A DNA stretch of 64,000 nucleotides, from positions 1,674,001 to 1,738,000 of the forward strand of contig NC_083294.1 of NCBI RefSeq assembly GCF_963506605.1, given 5' to 3'. Each line of letters starts with the position of its first letter. Positions within the stretch are counted from its first letter, which is position 1. The position numbers and the translations under genes are program-made. A model generated the notes under the pieces. That model was not told the DNA's origin and made no database searches. It saw only the letters and a program-made list of their open reading frames with translations. This DNA is from Zootoca vivipara. Its lineage: Eukaryota. Shown piece after piece: positions 23,511 through 36,648 of this stretch.

Positions 23511-24065
23511 CTGTCCCAATTGAACCCTGTACTTTAAACCCCTGCAAGTCCTGTCCTGATGGTGCCACTACAGGTAACTCACATCTTGTCATCTTATTCT
23601 TATTTTACCTATGGCAGGGCAGTGGGAAGTAAGTAAGTAAGTAAATGATAAATGGGAACAGAGGAAACCCACTCTCCATTTATTTACTGTATTCTGCCTC
23701 CGCTGTCCCACCTGCGCAAAGCTTGACTTTGACGCACAGTCTTTGAGAAATGAAACGAAGAATTGCAATGCAATAATGTTTTAGCCTCCATGTCTAAGGT
23801 CATCTTAAACTATATACCTAATATATGTGGCTTGAAATTGGTCGATGTAAATAGAATCTCTATTCCTTACATCTGCTACCTAACTGAATCTAGAGGGAGC
23901 CATAAGTTCATCAATTTACATATATACTATATAGTTCTATAACCTTAATTGCATTTTTTGTTGTTTTGTTATTGTTGTTTTCCTCTGCCTTTTGAAATGT
24001 TTTTCATGTATCCTTTTTATTTTTCCTATTAAATCTTATTTTGATTTACTTTAACTCACTGTAGT

Positions 24066-24068
<3 letters not shown>

Positions 24069-24111
<43 letters not shown>
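24069..24111. repeat. (CA)n microsatellite
   Basis: Directly visible. Confidence 0.95.
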
Positions 24112-24112
<1 letters not shown>

Positions 24113-24169
24113 CTGAGCAAGCACTTAGTAGGTTTCCAGCTTTGGACTGGTGGTGCCATAACTTATCAC

Positions 24170-25935
24170 CCCCAATTGGATTTTCTCACTTATGGATATT
24201 CTCAGTTATGGATCTTGTCAATTTTGCAGCACCTCAGCACTACTTCTGGCTTTGTCCCAAAGGTGGTGCCAGGGCTCTGGCAGCATCCCAGAGCCCTTGC
24301 ACCTTCCTTCCAAGGCCAAACAAAATGGACGGGACTTTGTAATCTTCCATAAAATGGCGCGTCCTTTAGAGGCCAATATTTGGCGCCCCCAACTGGAACG
24401 TCTCAATTTTGCACCACCTTGCATCAGCACCCTGTGCAGAAAAACTTCTAGTGCTCCAAATCCCGCACTGCGGTTAAGCAAGGTGCCTGGCTCTGGGAAG
24501 GAAACTGCAGGGCTTGGCCAGGTCCCAGAGCCCTCCGTCCCTACGAGACGCAATACACTTGCAGCAAAAAGTGTGCACCGCCTCCTGCTGCTTCTGTCCT
24601 TGTAGCTCTAGCTAGCAGGTGGCTGATATGTACAAATCCCATTATTTATGATGTTTTTGCTGCTGCATTTGCAGCACCAAAGTGAGCTCTCTGGGGCGCA
24701 GGTCTGGCAGTGTGTATGGAAGTCCTAGGCTGCCCAGATACTCTCCTCCGTGCCTTGCTGATATGGTCCAAAGGAAAGCAGAGCAATAGGTCTGGCACCA
24801 GCCTGGCTACAGCAGTTGAGGCTCCTATGGTAGGGTTTACTCCTTAGCAGATGTATTGTCGTTGAAGTGTGATAAGGGGATGGCTCTCCTGAGGTAACAA
24901 AACATAAGCCCTTAAAAGCCCACAGCCATAGCTGCCAACTTCTCCCTTTTTTAAAGGGAAATTCCCTTATGCTGAATAGGCTTCCTCGCGAGAAAAGGGA
25001 AAACTTGGCAGCTATGCCCACAGCTGAAGGGCAACATCGTTTCTCATAAACCATCTTTAGAAGAAACAAACTTAAGCATAGTAGTTCAACTCTGGAATGC
25101 TGCCTTCCCAAAGCCGGAAGTGGTGCTAAGGTGCTGCAAAATTGAGAAGATCCATAATTGTGAGGATCCACTTGGGGGCGCCTAATATTGGCCTCTAAAG
25201 GGCGCCATTTTATGGAAGATTACAAAGTCCCGTCCATTTTGTTTGGCATTGGGAAGACGGTGCAAGGGCTCTGGGATGCTGCCAGAGCCCTGGCACCACC
25301 TTTGGGACAAAGCCAGAAGTGGTGCTGAGGTGCTGCAAACTTGAGAAGATCCACATGGGGGCGCCAAATATTGGCTTCTAAAGGACGCGCCATTTTATGG
25401 AAGATTACAAAGTCCCATCCATTTTGTTTGGCATTGGGAGGAGTGCCCTGGCACCACCTCCCTCAAGCTGGAAGTGCTGAGGTTCACAAAAATGAGAAGA
25501 TCATAACTCTAAGGATACACTTGGGGGCGCCGAATAATGGTCTTGCACTGGGCTATGGGAATGACAGGAGGGCTTTAGGACCCTGCCTGGAGCCAGGCGC
25601 CTTGCTTGCCGCAGTGCAGGAGATCTGCAATTTTCCTGCACGGGGCTCCGAGAAGATCCATAACCGAGAAGATCCATTCAAGGGCATCAAATATTGGCCT
25701 TGCATAGGTCACAAATTTATTAAAGATTACCAAAGTCCCTCCATTTTGTATGGCATTGGAAGGGCAGTGCAAGGGCTCTGGGATGCCTAGAAGGGGCGAG
25801 GAGGACTCTTGGACCCTGAGCCAGGCGCTTTGTTTAGCGGAGAGGAGATTGACACAGGGTGTTGAGGCAAGCTGGCACAAAACAGACGGTTCAATTGGGG
25901 GTGGTTCCACTTAGGGGCAGCAAATATTGGCCCCC
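24170..25935. repeat. Complex tandem plus inverted ~185-bp repeat array
   Basis: 24207-24396 is the reverse complement (about 90% identical by eye) of 25168-25352; further direct copies start at 25351, 25517, ~25675 and 25907. Confidence 0.85.
24927..25016. mobile_element. 90-bp hAT MITE
   Basis: TIR catagctgccaa; TSD cccacagc. Confidence 0.85.
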
Positions 25936-26055
25936 CACTTTGGGAAGAAGGGAAAGGCTATAGGACCCCACCAGACCTCTGGAACCTCCTTTCCAGAGCC
26001 AGGTGCCTTGCTGAGGGGGCTTCAGATCACCCAATAAAATATTTCAGGTGACCGC

Positions 26056-26830
26056 TGTTAACGGAAAATATGAGGGCTCCCTTGGACAAACAAGACTCCA
26101 GCCAAGAATATCAGAGCAAAACAGCAGCCAGTAGGCTTGGTCTTTATTAAAAGAAAATAGAAGAATAGTTTGGATTTGATATCCCGTTTTATCACTACCC
26201 AAAGGAGTCTCAAAGCGGCTAACATTCTCCTTTCCCTTCCTCCCCCACAACAGACACCCTGTGAGGTGAGTGGGGCTGAGAGACTTCAGAGAAGTGTGAC
26301 TAGCCCAAGGTCACCCAGCAGCTGCATGTGGAGGAGCGGAGACCGAGTCTACCGCTCTTAACCACTACACCACACTGTCAGAAAATACTGACAGAAACAA
26401 GGTGAAGCAAGATTGAGACCCCGAACAAAGGGGGTCTTCCCTTTTTATTAGCATCCCACCACCAAGGTACACCCCTAAAGATACATCACTAGTATGTCAC
26501 TAATACATCACAAAAAAGAGAGGTTCAGAGGTAGAAATTTGAGTATCTGGCCAGCTGCTCCTGGCCTCTTCTCACCCCCTCCCTGTTAAATTCCACAGGA
26601 CAAAGAGAAGTTTCACAGTCATTAAGATGAAGGTGGTGGCTGTCCTTTGAGAAGATCCTGGGTTGAATCCACTTTGAGAGGAAAATCCATTGTATAGAAG
26701 ATGGTCGGCTGTCTGGCACAGTTGGAGGTGGAAATTCTGTCCTTGGGCAGGTTGCGTATGTGTGGTCATGCTTGCTGGATTATGGCCGTTGGCTGAGTCC
26801 TCCCAAAATCCCCCCTTTGAAAAAATTTAG
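26056..26830 (-). mobile_element. Probable ERV 3' LTR with polypurine tract
   Basis: On the minus strand: PPT aaagggggga ~26818-26809, TATA-like ~26445, AATAAA 26148-26143, terminal ...aaca at 26056; interrupted by a SINE. Confidence 0.45.
26168..26377 (-). mobile_element. CORE/MIR-like squamate SINE
   Basis: tRNA-like head cagtgtggtgtagtggttaagagc, core ctgggtgaccttgggctagtcac; second copy at 54295-54494. Confidence 0.75.
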
Positions 26831-28419
26831 ACACAGAGTACAATAAAAGTGAAATAAAAGAAATCTGACTCATGGCTGGGTTTTTTCCATGAATTTAAGT
26901 ATCAGCAATAGAATCCCATCATTAGTGGTTTTAACAAGTTCTGGTTGCAGTCAATTTGGCTCAGAAACATTGTATCAATTACCTGAGGTAAGTGAATGGG
27001 AAGACTTTGGAATACTGTTGTAGTAATCGGTACGCAACCACTAAGGACACTGTTTGCGAATGACAACTGATTGGAGCGCAGTGAGCTGTCAAAATAGATT
27101 CTTCTGGTCAACCCATAGAAGTACATGGGAGCAGGCGGAGGAGACGTAGGGAGCTGTCAAAATTTCCTCACCTCAGCACCTTGAGCAGGAAAGCTGCCAA
27201 TCTCACCCCTAGCAGAGCACTCCCAAAGTCAGACAGGATCCTAAAGCCCACCCCTCCTTTTCAAAGCTGGGCAAGCACTTCCTAGGCTTATGGCTTTCAG
27301 AAGTTGGTGCCAGGGCTCTTTGAATAGATTAATCAATTACTCTCCTGTGAAGAAACGTTGCAGCCCCTTTCGCATAACACTAGACATCCAATGAAGCTAA
27401 ATGTTGGAGGACTTCTGACAGATAAAAGAAAGCACGTCTTAATGCAGCAAATAGTCAAACTATTTACCGTAACTTGCTCCCCCAGGAGGCAGTGACGGCC
27501 ATCAAAGGTGGATTTGATCCTCCCACTTTGTTCCCGATCTTCACTCAATCCTTTTTCTCTAGAGGAGAGGGCTTCATTTTGTGGTTCACTCCAGGTGCCA
27601 ACATTTCCTCAGCTGGTCCTGCCCCAGAAGCAGAACATGAGTGCAATAGCACTCTGACCCCACCCAATTGTGATTTCCATTAACTAGTGTTTAGAAGCAT
27701 CTCTGATACTGATGGTAGCATAGAGCCATCATCGCTTGTAGCCATTGGACCTAACCTGTAGGCCTCAGCCACCTCACAGGGCTGTTTGGGGCTTAAACCT
27801 TCTATGTTATGTTCCTTGGTAGGAGATTGCTTCGTTAGTGAGAAAGTGAGCTATTAAGCTAGGAAATTCCTATTCAACTATATCTTCTAGATTGATTCAG
27901 CCTGAGCCCCTCTTCTGCAGCATGCCCTACTTCATGGGATTGTTTTTACGGATTATCAAAATAACATATGCAAATACTCAGGGCTTTTGTTCAGCCGGAA
28001 CTCACCGGAACTCAGTTCCACACCTCTCAGGTAGGCACCATTGCCATTATAAGAGAACAAGATGAGTTCTCATGAGTCATGGCGAGTTGTGGAGAACGTC
28101 AGCAATATGCTGAGGGCACATGTTATGTACTGAGCTTGGATCCTAGAATAATACCGGTAGGCAGGTAGGATACTAGAAGGCAGCAACTTGATTGGACTGC
28201 AGGAGCCACCCAATCTGGCTCCAGGAGGAAGTGAATCAGAAAGAGCATGAAATCAACACAACTCTACTTCTTCTTTACATCTGCTGGTGAGGCAGTGGAT
28301 GTGCTGGACCAGTGTCTTCCCTCGGTAACTGACTGGATGACAGCCAACTGATGCAAAATTCAGAAACACTGCCTCTGAAGAGCAGGCACACTGTTTGTGG
28401 GCACTTCTCAATCCATTTC

Positions 28420-29760
28420 TATCGCTCGAGGCTCAGGTGGCCTCAGTGGCCCAGAGTGCCTTCCATCTGCTTTGGCTGGTGGCCCAGCTGTGCCCCTATC
28501 TGGACAGGGATAGTCTTAACTTCTGTTGTCTATGCTCTGGTAACCTCTAGGTTGGATTGCTGCAACACATTCTACATAGGGCTGCCTTTGAAGATGGTAC
28601 GGAAGCTTCAGCTGGTGCAGAATTTGGCGGCCCGGTTGCTCACCAGGGAAAGACGATTTGAGCATATCACATCAATCCTGGTCCAACTGCACTAGCTGCC
28701 AATCAGCTTCTAGGCCCAATTCAAAGTGCTGGTTTTGACCTATAAAGCCTTTAACTGGGGGTTCAGGACCACAATACCTTAATGCAGTGGTTCCAAACAG
28801 GTGGTCCGGGGACCCCCAGGGGTCCGTGAGCTATGCCAGAGGGGTCCTCAAGATCCTATTAGAATAAAAAATATATTAAATATATTTCGTATGATAACAG
28901 ATTTTTTGTTTTGGCCGCTTCCTGCATGAGCAGAGTCTAGTGCAAAACTAGAATTAGATAGAGGCAGTAGTTCTGCTGTATGCCGCAAGGACTACAAGAA
29001 ACTTGGAGATAAGGCAATGAAAAAGATCCTTCCATTTGCAACCACATATCGGTGTGAGCAAGCATTTTCTTCCATGTGTTTCATGAAAAACAAATATAGG
29101 AATTGGCTTGACATGCGGTCGGATTTCAGAGTGAAAGTTTCAAGTTTGGAACCTAATATTTCAGAAATAATGGACTCAAAGGACAGATTTAACTCATCTC
29201 ATTAAGAACTGAAAATTAAAACTAACTGTATGCTGATGGAGTACTCTGTTGTAACTGTAAAAAAATGTATAAATATAAAATATAAAGACTCTTAATTTGG
29301 CTCTCACTTTTTAATTTTAGGATTAGGAATTAATGGGGGTCCTTGTCACAATAGCGGCTCGATGAGGGGTCCTTGAGAAAATTTTGTTGGGAACCCCTGC
29401 CTTAAGGACCGCCTCTCGCCATATAAGCCATCCTGGATTTTGTGTTCATAATTCATGTGTCTCCTCCACGTAAGGTCTGAAGGGTGGCAACACGAGAATG
29501 GACCTTTTCTATAGTGGCTCCCTGTTTGTGGAATGTTCTGTCCAGGAAGGTTTGCCTGGCACCTTCATTATGTATTTTTAGGCGCCAGGTGAACACGCTC
29601 CTCTTCAACCAGGCCTTTGGCCTACAGCCTTTTAAATGTATCTGTGGGAGGGCGGGTATTGTTTTGTTGCTTTGGTTTAATTATTTACTGTGTTTTATCT
29701 TGTATTTTATTCTGTGAACCGCCCTGAGATCTTCGGATAAAGGGTGATATATAAATTTAA
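28420..29760 (+). mobile_element. L2 3' fragment interrupted by a hAT element
   Basis: ALVTSRLDCCNTFYIGLPLKMVRKLQLVQNLAARLL...HIT; continues after 29407. Confidence 0.8.
28785..29399 (+). mobile_element. Internally deleted hAT (Buster/Charlie-like) transposon with transposase C-terminus
   Basis: TIRs cagtggttccaaac...gttgggaacccctg; TSD ccttaatg/ccttaagg; 29017-29205 reads LPFATTYRCEQAFSSMCFMKNKYRNWLD (hATC dimerisation domain). Confidence 0.88.
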
Positions 29761-31573
29761 CAAGCAAACAAACAAATAGAAAAAAAATGTCTGAACCGGG
29801 GGTCATAGTTTGTTTTGCCCTAACAAATCTTGATTGCAAAGCTAACAACAAACCATGGCTTCAAGCTGGCTAATGATGGTGGTTTGTTTCAGTATGAAAC
29901 ATACAATGATCCCCAATTGGGATATCACACTAAGCCAACCAGTTTGTGTTTTGTTTTGGCACTGGTGGCAAAGAGGAGCAAAGTGGGAGTTGCTCAGGCA
30001 GCATGTACTGTCAAACAAGCCACACTTTTTGGCATAGCGTTATGTGCAGATACAGCCTGTGTGTTTTGGACTGGAGTAAGAATGCTTTGAAGAGATGAGA
30101 AAGGATGCAAGACTAACTCCAGAAGATACCTGCATCGAACCAGATAAAAAAGGTTTGGAAGAATAAATGCAGGTTACATTTTAGGGGCAAGTTCTCTATC
30201 CACTTACAAAGGAACCAGCCCATTAACTTCAGCAGGAACATTTTGGTCTAGAAATGTAATCAGATGTGCTAGCTTCATGTTCTAGAAGCTGGTTAATAAG
30301 GACACTGAAACCTCTACCGCCAAAATAAGCCCTTTATTTCCAAGTAGCCCAACTGACACCAATACTTTTATCCAAGGCAGAGTTTGCATATCTGAATTTT
30401 GCAGCGAAGCTACACCAGAGTACGTATCCAGGGTTGCAATCCCAAAATGATTTGGGATCAGGCTGAAAAAGCAGAGCATGTGCCAACAGCAGCACAACCT
30501 TGTGTGTGCATTTGTTTGAAAGTAAGCCCTACTGCACACGGTGGTGCTTGCTCCCATATACTATAGGTTGTATCCAACTCAGTTCTAATCAGAGTAGACC
30601 CACTGAAATGAATGAACAGGACTGCATTGCAGAGGGTTGGACTCAATGACCCTCAGGGCCCTTCCAGTTCTATAATTCTATGACTAATGTAGGTTAATTT
30701 CAATGGGTCTTCTCTGAGTAGAACGTAACTGACCACAACCATAGGCATGCAAACGACTGCAGCCTAAACTCAATTATTCACATCAAATAATTTAGTCCCA
30801 CTGGAATCAGAGGTGTACCCAAGGGTTGATGAAACCAGCCCTGACCAGGGCTGCAGGTGCAAAAATCACCCATCAGACTATGGAGTGTATGGTGTACATG
30901 CGTGTGCTCTCACACCTTTTGCCCTTCCTCCTTGATTCACCCTTCTTCTAGATGTTTTGAGTACTTGGGTCTCATAAAAATATAGGAATTTGTCATGTGG
31001 CTATTGCAGTAAAGTGTTTTTTTTCCTGGGGGGAGGTGCCAAGACAGCTCCTTGCCAAGGGTGCAAGGGACCCTAAGGTATGCCTCCGACTCGAATAAAG
31101 GCCAAATTACATTGAAGAAACTCTAGTCTACAAACTTAATCCAGTTTTAAATTGAGCTGTTACTTGTACCCCCCTTTCTTCCCCCTCTCCCTCTAAAGAA
31201 CTACTGTAAGTAACTGAAACCCTTTGCCCAGGCTTTGCAAAGTGAGCCGTGTCTGTTGAACAGGTTTAAGAACAGAACTTGCATGTGCTCCTCCTAAGTG
31301 CGAGAGCTGCTTCACACTTTACAACCCTTCTCCAACATTAACATGCCACATGAGACAATCTTTTATGTGGCAGAACATCACAGATGTGTGCCATCGTCAC
31401 ATTTTACAAACCACACATTATTTAAAAAGGAACTGCCTTTCATTTGGAAATCCTGACAGATCCCTTTGATGGGTAGCAGGAGTGTAATGCTCTTCTGTTG
31501 TCATTCTTTCTTAGAATGTCATTATCCCTGCACCTGCTTCGGATAAATATTGCACACTATTTCATAATTGTTC

Positions 31574-31579
31574 TTTATT
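31574..31579 (-). terminator. Candidate PTGES2 polyadenylation signal
   Basis: AATAAA on the minus strand ~500 nt after the stop. Confidence 0.4.
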
Positions 31580-32079
31580 TGTTTGTGTTACCCGCTCTGG
31601 GTCAACTGTCTGGTCATGGAGAAGGTCCCACATGCTATGCAGGGCACAGAGAAAAGCAATTAGAGTGTGGCTATTCACTCTGAACAACAGAAGGACTTAG
31701 TGTCCTGCAAACGAGCACACTCTTTCCCACCAGCAGAATGAACCCCTAGCAAAACACTCACTTCTTCCACCTGCTCCAGGACCAAGCAAATATTTTGCAG
31801 GCAGACAAGGTTGTTTTAGACACTTGGAAAAACAAAGTCAAATCCCAAAGCAGAAGGGCCTAGTAAGGGCCTTACAATCAAAATTCACTCAGAAAGTAAG
31901 ATACCCTTAATTCTTCCTTAAAAAAAACTCCATGTGCCATGTTTCACTGCTTTCTCCAATACCGCTTTGGTGGTGGGCACTTATTCCACACACCCTTTTT
32001 GGCTGTAAAAAAATCCTGCTTTGCTTTATGAGCTGGACAATGTAAGGGTTGTCTTTAGCATCTGGAGTACTGTGTGACA

Positions 32080-32253
<174 letters not shown>

Positions 32254-33465
32254 CTACAAGTGAGAAAACACATGTGTTGCAGAAGCTTCCATTTTCAATT
32301 CCCAGCATCTCATAACTAAGAAGACCTTCAGAAGGAGGTACTGGACAAAGACTCAGGGCATAAAAGAGTAAGAAGAGCATTGCTGGATCAGACTGAGGAC
32401 CCCAGCAACCTATTCCCTATTTTGGACACCCCATAATTATTGGGGTACCCTCATACAAGGGTGCTTCAAAGCCCTAGAGACCTGTGGTGGAAATACTCAA
32501 GCTCCCTCTTTTGCCTCCTTCACAGCACATAGGTCAATTACTCACATTACTTCATAACATGCCTGCAACATGATTAATGGAACTCAAGTTAAGGAGAGCA
32601 ACTTCCCTGTTTTAACAGTGCTGAATATGTGGCGTGCTGAAGTGGCATGCAAAGTTACCACCCAATATTGAGGGGCCCAGCTCCCTCCTTACAAGCTTTA
32701 GGCCCCCCCCCCCAGTGCCTTGCCCTCCCCCCAGCTGGCAGGTGCAGAACACTGTATTAGTTTTCCGGATTACAATTACTTCCATCCTGTTTTCACACTG
32801 CAATACCTGTTGTATGATATGGAACCGTGACTTTTTGACTGATATACCGGCAGGTCTCACTAAATTTCTTTCACCACCGGGGGATGGGGTGACACAACAA
32901 TCAGTGTCACTGGACAATATCGCTACTCCCCCACTTTCCACTCCCCCACTGAAAACTTATTTGTTCCCAGTGTGATGAATGTCATCTTCTGAGCATGAGG
33001 GGTTAATCCCTGTCCCCACTTATCTCATAAGGGAGTTCTGGCAATCAAGATTTATGCCTTCCCCAAAGGAAGTCAGATTAGCCTCAACTAGAACCAGGGC
33101 CTTTTCAACACTGGCTCTGACCTGGTGGAACGCTCTGTCTCCTGAGACAGGGCCCTGTGGGACCTGATTTCTTTCCTCAGGGACTGTAAGACAGAGTTGT
33201 TCCTCCTGGCCTTTGGCCTGGAACTGACTTAATCCCCTCCCCAACTTTCCCTTTTCTGTTCCATATGAGGCTGCATTTTAATTTTAATGTTGTATTTAAT
33301 CTTGTTTTTAAGTTGTATCTTAATCAATTGTTTTGTTTTTGGTGTTAGCCACCCTGAGCCTGGTCTTGGCTGGGGAGGGTGGGGTATAAATAATTTTTTA
33401 TCATCATCATCATCATTATTTAATCACTGCATAATTATCTCTGCTAATGGGAGTGTCAGAAGTCA

Positions 33466-33687
<222 letters not shown>

Positions 33688-35145
33688 TTAGTTTAAAGCT
33701 TCCACAACTGATGAATTTCCTTCGTTCACATTTCTCCAACTTTAGACACTGCTTGCAAAACAGCAAACTTTTTTTTTGTTAAGATTCCAAGTCTGCCCTC
33801 TAGGGATAAAAAGCAACAACTCTAAAAACAGAGACATACTATCAGTTTAGTTAATTAATTAGATTTAGTCAAATCTTCCCGCAGGCAAAGGAAGTCCCAA
33901 AACGAATTGCGGGGGGAAAAAAACACCTTGGAATTCAATTCATAATAATGCGTTATGGGCAACTAAGTTCTACTCAGAGTAGACCCACTCTAATGAATGT
34001 TGCCAGTTGTGGGGAAGGGGAGTGCTCTTGTCCGGGTTTCCCGTGGACATGACGTTGGCCACTGTGAGAACAGGGTGCTGGACTTGATGGGCCATTGGCC
34101 TAATGCATCAGGCTATTCTTATGTTCTTTACCAGAGTTAGTAATGTCCATCACATTTAATAGAGCTACTACCCAAATGTTCCCATTATGACAATATCAGA
34201 GTGTCATTGTAAGGATTCTGAATCTTAAAGAGGGAAGCAGAAAAAGGGCTGTCAAAGTGGATTCACTGAAATAAATGGACTTTGGTTAGACCAGAGCATT
34301 GATTGCAATGGGTCTATACTCTAGAATATGATTCAATCTAGGATCCTTTTATGATGATCTAGGTGGGACAGCAACTGAACTTTCCTAAGCAAACTGAAGA
34401 GGGACTGCTGATCCTGAAGACAGATCAGCCATCAGGTCCTGCCAAGAACATAAATTCAAGCAGAGGCAATCGGGTGTAATTTTAAGACCACTAACATAAG
34501 AACCAAACAGACCGACGAGAGGACCCACTCCTTTTTTTTAGTGTTTCAAATTTGTAAAGCAGTTTGGGTGTCTTGGCAAAAAGGTGAGATACAAAATCTG
34601 TCAAGTAAATAAATAAGTTAGCATATAAATGTGTTCCCATATTACTCAGCAAAATAAAGCTGGAGGATTGCTATACATCATGCTGAATCATCATCTCAGT
34701 GACTTCAGGAAGACCCCCTAAGGCCCCTTGCTGTTTAAATATGTGCCGGACATAAAGGTTAATAACTTGGTCAAACACAAGCAGACATAAAAGGGAACCA
34801 TGTCATGGAACCCCAGTGGCAAAAGTACAAGAGGAAGAGCTCTGCCTGCCCCACTCCTTCCCCTGGCGGCGGCAAGAGGGGAGTGTTCTGGCATGTGACA
34901 CTCATTTCCGCCCCCACCCCCGGTTGGAGAAGCTGAGCGGTTATGCTTTACAGAACGCCTTGGCACCCATCTCCCCAAGTTCGGCAAGAGCCAGGGTGTT
35001 CCTGCATACTACATTGCTACTTGGCTTCTCCATGGGGCAACATGGGATGGTCCGCCCCTGGTGAACCCCAACAACCGACAGCAGCCTGGCTGTCCTTGAA
35101 GTCAAGAAGAGAAAGATAAAATGAAGGTGTTACCCTTGAGCTTTA

Positions 35146-35487
<342 letters not shown>

Positions 35488-35764
35488 CTATTACCCTGGA
35501 CCACTCTGAGATGGTTTTTTCTTACAATCAAGTAGTACACACGTTTTATGGAATAAAGAATAAGATCAGCACAAGACTTTGGGGGTGGGGTGGGGGGAGT
35601 CTGTTTCCAAAAGACAAAATAATTTGTTTAGAGAAAATTAGAGCATGTTTATTGTGCACTATGGCAACAAAGTACAAGAAAATACACATAATGTTTTACA
35701 TTACTGAGTTCACCAGAATATATATTTTATTCAAATTTTCACCCTCTTACTGTTTTACACAGTA

Positions 35765-35946
35765 CCGTATATTCCGGCGTATAGGACGACTGGGCATATA
35801 AGACAACCCCCAACTTTTCCAGTTAAAATATAGAGTTTGGGATATATTCGCCGTATAAGACATACGACCCGGCGTATCAGAAGACCCCCGACTTTTGAGA
35901 AGATTTCCCTGGGTTAAAAAGTAGTCTTATACGCAGGAATAGACAG
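35765..35946. mobile_element. Tc1/pogo-type MITE
   Basis: TA|ccgtatattccggcgtata...tatacgcaggaatagacag|TA. Confidence 0.7.
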
Positions 35947-36465
35947 TAAATGCTTCCAGTGCTCTTGGGTCTCTTTCAGAAGCTCCAGCTGGTGCAGAAT
36001 GCTGCAGCCAGATTGCTGATGGGAGCCTCTAGTTGAGAATGTGCAATACCAGTGTTAAAACAGCTAATCCAGCTGCCCATTTGCTACCAAGTCAGATTCA
36101 AGGTTCTTGTATTGATTTACAAAGTCCAGAACAACTTGGATCCAGGATACCTCAGGGGTCCTGGGAATCCTTACCTCCCAGCACAATTGCTCATCTGTGC
36201 CAAGAATTTCCCACATCAGTTGGAAGCCAGCTGAAAAGTCATTTTGAAGGATCCTAGTATAACCTTTTCCTCTAATAAGCTGATTTTTGGGACAGGGTAG
36301 CATGCAATCAAGCCATCCCCAGTCACATTCTGAAGTGATAATTTGGGCGGGAACTCCCATGCTTTTTCTGAACACACAGATGACTGTTTTTCCTTATACA
36401 ATAGCAGCCGGGGGGCAGCAGGGTCAAGACTGCTGTCCAAGGAAGGGTCTCTGTGTTAATACCTA

Positions 36466-36648
<183 letters not shown>

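Noticed and set aside
24142-25910. Cluster of mutually similar ORFs as a small protein family
   Set aside because: The similarity comes from the DNA repeat read in several frames on both strands; copies differ by frame-breaking indels and lack splice structure
29017-29205. Domesticated ZBED/SCAND3-like gene
   Set aside because: Only the C-terminal 62 codons remain, inside a TIR/TSD-bounded deletion derivative
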